A stretch of 64,000 bases of DNA from Verrucomicrobiota bacterium (GTDB lineage: Bacteria; Verrucomicrobiota; Verrucomicrobiia; Limisphaerales; Palsa-1400). The notes under the pieces are model-generated. The model worked only from the letters and a program-made list of their open reading frames with translations. It had not been told where the DNA came from and did not search any database. The position numbers were made by a program, and so were the translations under genes. The DNA lies in contig JBEKYR010000003.1 in NCBI GenBank assembly GCA_049510745.1, positions 32,001 to 96,000 on the forward strand, in the 5' to 3' direction. Shown piece by piece: positions 57,417 to 64,000 of the stretch; positions within the stretch are counted from its first letter, which is position 1, and every line of letters starts with the position of its first letter.

Positions 57417-60400
57417 TTAACGCCCAATAAGCCGGAAGTACTTCTGGGACCCGGCAACGGACACTGTCAGCGAATGTTGCCCCAGCGTGTTGGGCACATC
57501 CTGCCAATTCGACGGGCTTAAGCTCGTTGCGCTCTGCAGGTTCACCGCCGCGTTTCCGACCCAAGTCAGCGTGACCGAACCGTTCACAAGGGGGCCGATG
57601 TTGAGGCCGCCAATGAGGCTGCCCGGACCGGTGGCTTGAATGGTGAAAGAATTGTAATTAAGGTCCGCGCCGGACGTGCCAAAATGCTGGAACAGCAAGC
57701 CCGCGGCCGTGATCGGCCCGCTCAGGTTTTGGGCCGGCGGCCCCCCCACGATCACGCCCGCCGTGCCAACAAGGGTGAGAGTCTTCCACTGCGACGCCAA
57801 GGGGCTGTATAGTTGCGGGCCTGAAGCGGGAAGAGTGGTGTAAGCCGTTGTGGACAAGGGAGTGGCGGGGGAAGAAGTGGCCGGCTCCACCGGTGTGGCC
57901 ATGGCATACCATTGGCCCCCCTGCTGCACGGCGAATGAGGCGGAGGCGTTGGTATAAGCCGCGTTGCCCGCCTCCATACTCGTTGAAAACCCGATGCTGC
58001 CGGCCGGATAGTTCGCAGGGTCGAAGGCGATGAACGGCAGTCCCGAAAAGCCGGTGTCACTTGCCGTCGAAGCGTAAAAGAGGGAATTGGTCGGGGTTCC
58101 TTCATAAGCGTAAGCCGCCCCCGTGCCAGCCAAGGCGCTGCCGATTTGGAAAACGCGAGCCGGAAAATCCGATTGGTTCGTCCAGCCAATAAGGCCAAGG
58201 GGCTGATTATTCGCGCTCCCCGCAGGGATTGGCTTATAAAGAGGGAAAGACTCATTGTAAATCAGGCCGAGCGGCGGAGGGTTCACCGTCAAGGTGGGAA
58301 GCCCGTAGGTATCGTTTGGACTGCTGGCAAGATCCGTCGTGCCGGCCGGGTTGGAGACAGTCGGATCATAAGCTCCCGCGTCCGCGCTGCTGACATTTTG
58401 GATGGTGATTTCCGTGGTCTGTGCTCCGCTAATAATGGACCCCGTGGCGGTCGTGCCATTGGTCAGATAAACGCCATTGAACTGCCAGTTGTTGGTGAGC
58501 GGAAGCGTGCCGGCCTCCGTAAAATAGAAGGACGCTCCGCCGCCCGCGTAAACCGTCTGCGGATAAGGCACGTCCGGCAGGGAGGGGAAGCTGGCCAGAA
58601 CGGGCGGGGTTGAATCCGTGACCAGGGCAAAATCATTGACAAAGTACTCCGCGGCAGTGCCGGCGAAAACGAAGACCAGCCCGGCGCCGATGATGTCTCC
58701 GGTAAGATCGGCCGCGGCGCCCGATCCGATGGTGGCGGAACTCGGGCCGACCGTCAGCGTGTTCCACTCCTGCATGGCTGGACTGAATTGCAGCCCGTAG
58801 GTGTTGAACAGAGTGGGATTGGGGGCAAACAGGATGGCGGACGAACTCACATACCACTGGCCTCCCGTCATCTGGACCGCGAAGTAGATGCTCGCGGTGG
58901 TGTCGGCAGTCGGGTCGGCGATCGAGGCGCGAAAAGACACAAAGGGGTAATTGCTGGGGTTTATGGCCGTAAAAGGCAAGCCTGACAGCCCGGGAACGTC
59001 CGAGGCGGTTGAGGTGAAAAAGCCCGTTGTCGTGGCCGTGGTTTCATAGGCATACAAACTTCCGCTTTCGTCAAGACGATTGGGATTGTCCGCGGAGGGA
59101 ACGGCGCCAAACCATCCGATCGCCGCCAGCGGCTCGCCGGCGGGGAAGGGTCCCACAAAGGGGAATGTTTCCGCGTACAAAACGTCGCTCGGGACAGGAT
59201 TGACGGTCAAAGTATTGGTCGTGTAGTTGGTGCTGTAATCCGCGCCATAGAGATTGCCGACCTCGACTGAATAAGTTCCCGCGTCGGCGGAGCTGACATT
59301 GGAAATGGTGATCAGGTTGGAAGCCGCCCCGATGACAAAGGACCCGGTTCCAGCAGCCCCGTTATGAAGAACAGTGGAGCCGCCAGGCGTCGTCAATGTC
59401 CAGGTGTAGGTCAAAGTGGGTGTGCCGACGAAGGCATCGACCGCAAACGACGCGGTCCCCCCTGCATAGGCTGTCTGGCTGAAGCCCGGCGCGTCAATCT
59501 TTGGCGCGACGGCGCCGCTCGGATTGACCAGCGGCGTCGTAACGCTAAAAGTGGCGTAATTGATGCCGTAACCGGTGGTGCCGCCCGCGTACGCCGGGTC
59601 CCCAACGAGCACGATCCCAACGCCGGTGATCGGACCGGACAAATTGGACGTCGCCAGACCGCCGATAATGACGGAGCCAGCAGGGTCCAAGGCACCCTCC
59701 TGGAATGTCAGGGTGTTCCAATAGCTGGCGAGGGGATTAAACACCAGACTGTTGAGCGTGAAAAAAGGGTTCCCGGGAGCGTTGTTCGTAAATCCGTTGG
59801 TGGAGACATACCATTGTCCGCCCACTCCGGCGACGGCGCCGATTTGAACCGCAAAATAGTTGGTCGCATGGGTGGTGGCGTTGAACTGGGACTCCATGTT
59901 CAAGACCACTCCGCCCGGATAATTGGCCGGGTTGATATCGGTGAACGTAGAGTCGCCGTCAGTGCCGGGGCCGTTGGTGTCGGTCGTGTAAAAAATTCCG
60001 ACGGAGTTGGCTTGGTCCAAGGACGCATAAAGGGCATTATTGGTGCCATTCATGTTCCCAAGGGGGGGAGGAGGGAAAGTCACACCCGTGCCAGGGTCTA
60101 AGCTCCCGGCTGCGGCGTACGACCCGGTGTAGGCAATGCCGGATGCGCTCCAGCCAACATCGGCCAAGTCCGCGGCCCCGTTCTGGGTGCCCGTGGCGTT
60201 GAAGAAGGGGGTGCCCCAGTCTTCCGCATAGATGGTGGCGGAGGGCGGGGTGGAAGTCGATGGAACGGACGCTGAGATGACAATCTCATTGTAATTCCAA
60301 CCGCCGGGACCCACCTGAACAATACCGACACCGGTGATCGGACCGGACAAATTCGCCGTCGCCGCCGAACCGATGGTAACGCTGTTGGCGTTGAGGGTCA

Positions 60401-61541
60401 GTTGATTCCAGGCGGATGCAAGGGTGGTATAAGGCGTGCTGGCAAGCGTAAACTGGGGGTAACTGGGATCGGAGCCTGTCAGCGCGGTGGCCGATACATA
60501 CCATGCCCCGCCCACCTGAACGGCAAAGTAGTTGGCGGCAGTGGTGCCTTCGTCGCTCGCTTCCACGGAAAGAGTCAGGCCCGTGTGTTGCGTCGGGTCA
60601 ATGGCGTTGAACGAGGTGTCGCCGCCGCTTCCGGCGCCGGCGCCCGCCACGGTGTAAAACATCCCGTTTTGCCCTGCTGACAAGCTGGTGAAATAAGCCG
60701 TGCTCTTGGGCAATGGATTGCCGCTGGAGGAGTCGGTTGCGCCCGTGGCTGGGTAGAAGCCCTCCCACGGCGGGCCGCCGGAAGGCGCTACGAGAGTCCA
60801 ACCCACAGCCGTGAAACTCCCGCCTCCGTTGGTCGTGCCCCAATCTTCTGTATAAACGATCGGGGACGGAGTAGCTGAGATGACAATCTCATTGTAATTC
60901 CAACCGCCGGGACCCACCTCGACAATGCCGACGCCGGTGATCGGACCGGACAAATTCGCCGTCGCCGCGGCGCCGATGGTGACGCTGTTGGCGCTGAGGG
61001 TCAGTTGATTCCAAGCGGAGGCAAGGGTGGTATAGGGCGTGCTGGTGAGCGTAAACTGCGGGTAACTGGGATCGGAGCCTGTCAGCGCGGTGGCCGACAC
61101 ATACCATGCTCCGCCCACCTGCACCGCAAAGTAGTTGGTGGCGGTGGTGCCCTCGTCGCTCGCTTCCACGGAAAGAGTCACGCTCTGGAATTGCGTCGGG
61201 TCAATGGTGGTGAACGAGGAGTCGCCGCCGCTTCCGGCGCCGGCGCCCGCCACGGTGTAAAACATCCCGTTCTGCCCCGCCGCCAAGCTGGTGAAATAAG
61301 CCGTGCTCTTGGGCAACGGCTTGCCGCTGGAGGAGTCGGTCGCGCCCGTGGCTGAATAGAAGCCCTCCCACGGCGGGCCACCGGAAGGCGCTATGAGAGT
61401 CCAACCCACAGCCGCGAAATTCCCGCCTCCGTTGGTGGTGCCCCAATCTTCTGTATAAACGATGGTGCTTGCGGCCGAGGCATGCGGGAGCGCGCCAAAA
61501 AGGGCGGCGGCAAGGACGATGAGTGACAGTAATTTTTTCAT
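57417..61541 (-). CDS. large secreted protein with five copies of an unnamed ~200-aa domain, two Ig-like domains and a C-terminal ...YFRL domain
   Basis: Signal peptide MKKLLSLIVLAAALFGALPHASA; repeated YxExW/F..GW...FAVQ.GG.WY...LSGPITG motif; Ig segments (ITISNVSSADAGTY). Confidence 0.85.
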   Translation of the reverse strand: MKKLLSLIVLAAALFGALPHASAASTIVYTEDWGTTNGGGNFAAVGWTLIAPSGGPPWEGFYSATGATDSSSGKPLPKSTAYFTSLAAGQNGMFYTVAGAGAGSGGDSSFTTIDPTQFQSVTLSVEASDEGTTATNYFAVQVGGAWYVSATALTGSDPSYPQFTLTSTPYTTLASAWNQLTLSANSVTIGAAATANLSGPITGVGIVEVGPGGWNYNEIVISATPSPIVYTEDWGTTNGGGSFTAVGWTLVAPSGGPPWEGFYPATGATDSSSGNPLPKSTAYFTSLSAGQNGMFYTVAGAGAGSGGDTSFNAIDPTQHTGLTLSVEASDEGTTAANYFAVQVGGAWYVSATALTGSDPSYPQFTLASTPYTTLASAWNQLTLNANSVTIGSAATANLSGPITGVGIVQVGPGGWNYNEIVISASVPSTSTPPSATIYAEDWGTPFFNATGTQNGAADLADVGWSASGIAYTGSYAAAGSLDPGTGVTFPPPPLGNMNGTNNALYASLDQANSVGIFYTTDTNGPGTDGDSTFTDINPANYPGGVVLNMESQFNATTHATNYFAVQIGAVAGVGGQWYVSTNGFTNNAPGNPFFTLNSLVFNPLASYWNTLTFQEGALDPAGSVIIGGLATSNLSGPITGVGIVLVGDPAYAGGTTGYGINYATFSVTTPLVNPSGAVAPKIDAPGFSQTAYAGGTASFAVDAFVGTPTLTYTWTLTTPGGSTVLHNGAAGTGSFVIGAASNLITISNVSSADAGTYSVEVGNLYGADYSTNYTTNTLTVNPVPSDVLYAETFPFVGPFPAGEPLAAIGWFGAVPSADNPNRLDESGSLYAYETTATTTGFFTSTASDVPGLSGLPFTAINPSNYPFVSFRASIADPTADTTASIYFAVQMTGGQWYVSSSAILFAPNPTLFNTYGLQFSPAMQEWNTLTVGPSSATIGSGAAADLTGDIIGAGLVFVFAGTAAEYFVNDFALVTDSTPPVLASFPSLPDVPYPQTVYAGGGASFYFTEAGTLPLTNNWQFNGVYLTNGTTATGSIISGAQTTEITIQNVSSADAGAYDPTVSNPAGTTDLASSPNDTYGLPTLTVNPPPLGLIYNESFPLYKPIPAGSANNQPLGLIGWTNQSDFPARVFQIGSALAGTGAAYAYEGTPTNSLFYASTASDTGFSGLPFIAFDPANYPAGSIGFSTSMEAGNAAYTNASASFAVQQGGQWYAMATPVEPATSSPATPLSTTAYTTLPASGPQLYSPLASQWKTLTLVGTAGVIVGGPPAQNLSGPITAAGLLFQHFGTSGADLNYNSFTIQATGPGSLIGGLNIGPLVNGSVTLTWVGNAAVNLQSATSLSPSNWQDVPNTLGQHSLTVSVAGSQKYFRLIGR
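60271..61463. repeat. intragenic tandem duplication, period 603 bp
   Basis: 60271-60860 and 60874-61463 are near-identical at DNA level (201-codon period). Confidence 0.92.
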
Positions 61542-61588
61542 ATTTGATTGGATCAGTCTAAGGTTTGGAACTCGGACACGAATTACCG

Positions 61589-61897
61589 CTAATTATATGC
61601 GTTCATCCACACGGGCCAGCGGACGGGAGGATCGGAAATCCACCCCGGATTCCAATTCAACGACCACAGCGGCTTTAAGCCGACGGCTCGGACGGACGAA
61701 TCGAGGAAGGCCATATTCTCCGGATTCCTGCCGCCGTGCCGCACCAGGGAAAATTCGCTCAAGCCGCCGTCCTGGACGGGAGTTTGGAGGCCTTGCGCTG
61801 TGGGCGGCGGATCAGTCGGATTGGGAGTGGTTCCATCCCAAATGCCGTCACCAAATACGGGGGTGATATGCAGCGGGCCTGCGATGGACATTTTCAA
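61589..61897 (-). pseudogene. 3' remnant of a prepilin-type (DUF1559 / H-X9-DG) protein
   Basis: TPVFGDGIWDG..P..DPP...RHGGRNPENMAFLDSSV...LWSLNW resembles the C-terminus of PVC pilin-like proteins. No N-terminal methylation motif upstream. Confidence 0.65.
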
Positions 61898-61946
61898 GCC
61901 GTAGAGACTGCCGTTGAATTCGAAACTGCCCTCCTCCCCCGCGTAA

Positions 61947-62408
61947 CCCCATTGTGCAATCGGATACCTCGTTACCGAATTCGGCGAATGGGCTCCCGAA
62001 CGCCACCGCTACGGTAAAATCGAACTCGTTCAGTTCACGCCAGACCGCAAACGCCACCTCTTCCAACACCTTCGCGCTCAATTCGAGAACCTCAAACTCC
62101 GCGTCCCCCCAATACGCACCATCCGCGAGGACCTTCACTCCGTCACCCGCACCTGCTCAAAAAAGGGCCAATTTTCTTACGCCGCCGCACAAACGGCAGA
62201 CGGCCATGCCGACCGCTGCACGGCATTGGCCCTTGCGATTAACGCAACCGGTCAAGGCTACATTGCGCCCTACGCCAGCGGAGTAGAACTCGAATTTGCT
62301 GAAAACCAACGTGCCATCAGCGGTTCAGCCTACGAACGGAACCGCGAAGCAATGGACCGCAGAGCCGAACGCAGATGGGGCGTCAAAACCGAACCCAAAT
62401 ACTACTGA
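61947..62408 (+). pseudogene. C-terminal fragment of a Mu-like phage terminase large subunit
   Basis: Frame open from the stop at 61944-46 with no start codon until 62226: GYLVTEFGEWAPERHRYGKIELVQFT...LRVPPIRTIREDLHSV...TADGHADRCTALALA. Confidence 0.7.
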
Positions 62409-63081
62409 CCCTTTCGCCAGAGTGCCGCAAAGCTGGCCGGTCAAGGCCCCGGCTCACTTTGCGGCACACTGGCTCACCCCGGAAACCGCAATCAGTCACG
62501 CCGTGGCAAGCTGTTTCGCAGGGCGCTCGTGTCCGCAGCCGTGCAGCACTCGCCACCCTGCAAAACAGCTTGTCACCGCGTGAGCTTTCCGCTACGCTCC
62601 ACACATGGCCGTCAAACCGGCGTGATCTTTGCAAGTTTGCAAACCTCGTTCCGCAAGGTAGGGAAAGGGAGCGGATAGCACCTATTCGCCCCTATTCGCG
62701 CCTAATCGCGCCAATAAAAAAATAAATTTCGCCACTCTCCGGCCCCTTCCAGCCCAGAAACGGATGATCCTCGGTCGTCACATGGCCATCAACGTCATCA
62801 CCTGTCGGGGCGTCACAGCGCGCATCCGTCATACAGGCTTCGTCCCTCAGCTTGGTTAGTCAGCACCGCCCGGTGGAGGGGGATGGGGAAGCACATCTAT
62901 ATCGGGACCGTTCCGCAGCCAAAAAAGGAACCTCGTGCCTCGTGCATAGTGTTGGCTGCTGCACTGTTTGGTCATAGCCGGCACCCTGCTCCCCAGCCGT
63001 CTAAGCCGCCCGCTTGCGCCTAACATCAAACGTCGGCCGCAATTCGGTAGCTCACATCGGGTTGCTTGCCGCCTGAGTAAG

Positions 63082-64000
63082 CAGAGCGGGCGGCTGGTGA
63101 GTCAAAGGAATACGCCGGCGGAGCAGGCCCTGGTAATGCGAGTGGGGCTGCGAACATTTTTGGCCCGATTGCCCGGAACCGATGAGGGCGTTCGGGCGAT
63201 CCCGGTGGGGAGTCAGCTCGAACTGACCGGAACGTATGCGAGCCAGGGCGCGAGCCAGGACGTCGTTTCGTTCGAGTTGCTGCTCGACTCGCCGTCGGAC
63301 ATCGCCGTCCTGGCGCGGCCGCCTTGGTGGACATTGGAAAGGCTCTTAATCATTCTGGGCGCCTTAGCGTGCATCCTGGCGGTGACGGTGCTCTGGATTA
63401 CGCAACTTCGCCGCAAGGTCGAGCAGCGCACCGCCGAACTTGAAATCCAAATCCAGGAACGGCAGCGGGTCGAGCAGCAGCACGCCCTGGAGCAGGAACG
63501 AGCGCGCATCGCCCGGGACCTTCACGACGAATTGGGATCGGGGCTGACTGAAGTGACCATGTTGGTGGCCCGGGCGCGATCGGCCTCCGCGCCGGCGGCC
63601 ACGCGGGGCGGTTATCTTGAGCAGATGGGCGACAAAGCGCGCCAGATGGTGACGGCCCTGGACGAAATCGTCTGGGCCATGAACCCCACGCATGACTCGC
63701 TGGCCTCGATGATCAGCTACTTTTCCCTTTACGCGGAGCGTTTCCTGGGATTGGCGAACATCGCCTGGCGGCTGGAACGCCCCTTCACGCCGGATGACCA
63801 TGCGGTGGACTCGCCGCATCGCCACCAGTTGTTTCTTGCCTTCAAGGAAGCGCTGACCAACATTGTGCGGCACTCGGGAGCCACGGAAGTGAGCATGAAC
63901 ATCCAGCTTGAACAGGGACAGGTCCGCCTGACCATCGCCGACAACGGCCGGGGCTGGGGCGACGGGGGCCAAACGGAAGAAATGGACGGTGTCGCCAATA
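63082..64000 (+). pseudogene. NarL-type (HisKA_3) sensor kinase, apparently 5'-truncated; runs off window end
   Basis: GSQLELTG...FELLLDSPSDIAVLARPPWWT, TM segment, ERARIARDLHDELGSGLT, KEALTNIVRHS, ADNGRG. Could be translated from GTG 63097 or ATG 63136 as a shortened protein. Confidence 0.7.

Noticed and set aside
62095..62125. Frameshift in the terminase fragment at the C-run
   Set aside because: Counting six Cs keeps the frame continuous (RVPPIRTIREDLH).
62840..63070. Integron attC sites (GCCTAAC near 63018, CAGCTTGGTTAG near 62848)
   Set aside because: No complementary R and L box pair at proper spacing, and no integrase in the window.

Overview
High-GC bacterial chromosome window. Gene content and style point to Verrucomicrobiota, probably a Pedosphaera/Limisphaera-like lineage (inference). 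The backbone is housekeeping: mutL, infC, metF, tolQRAB-pal, tilS, ftsH, rpe, ruvC, pgsA/pgpA and infA. Accessory content includes a manganese-uptake unit (mntR, OprB-family porin, mntH, USP), an ABC exporter, a GH35 beta-galactosidase, two very large secreted Ig-repeat proteins, an ECF sigma factor fusion, MazF-like and HicAB toxin-antitoxin pairs, and a DUF4062-NB-ARC-TPR NLR-like gene. The most notable signal is a 62-nt element (51/62 identical, differences outside predicted pairs, with a 10-codon uORF) upstream of both RRM RNA-binding protein genes 20 kb apart; it is a candidate undescribed cis-regulatory RNA. Other observations: sigma70-like promoters ending 5-9 nt before many start codons (probable leaderless transcription), a REP-flanked IS200/RAYT-type transposase, several REP/MITE families, and fragments of HNH nuclease, Dcm, ParE-like toxin and Mu-like terminase genes in intergenic gaps. 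I found no rRNA, tRNA or CRISPR array. All family assignments come from motif recognition by eye, not database searches.
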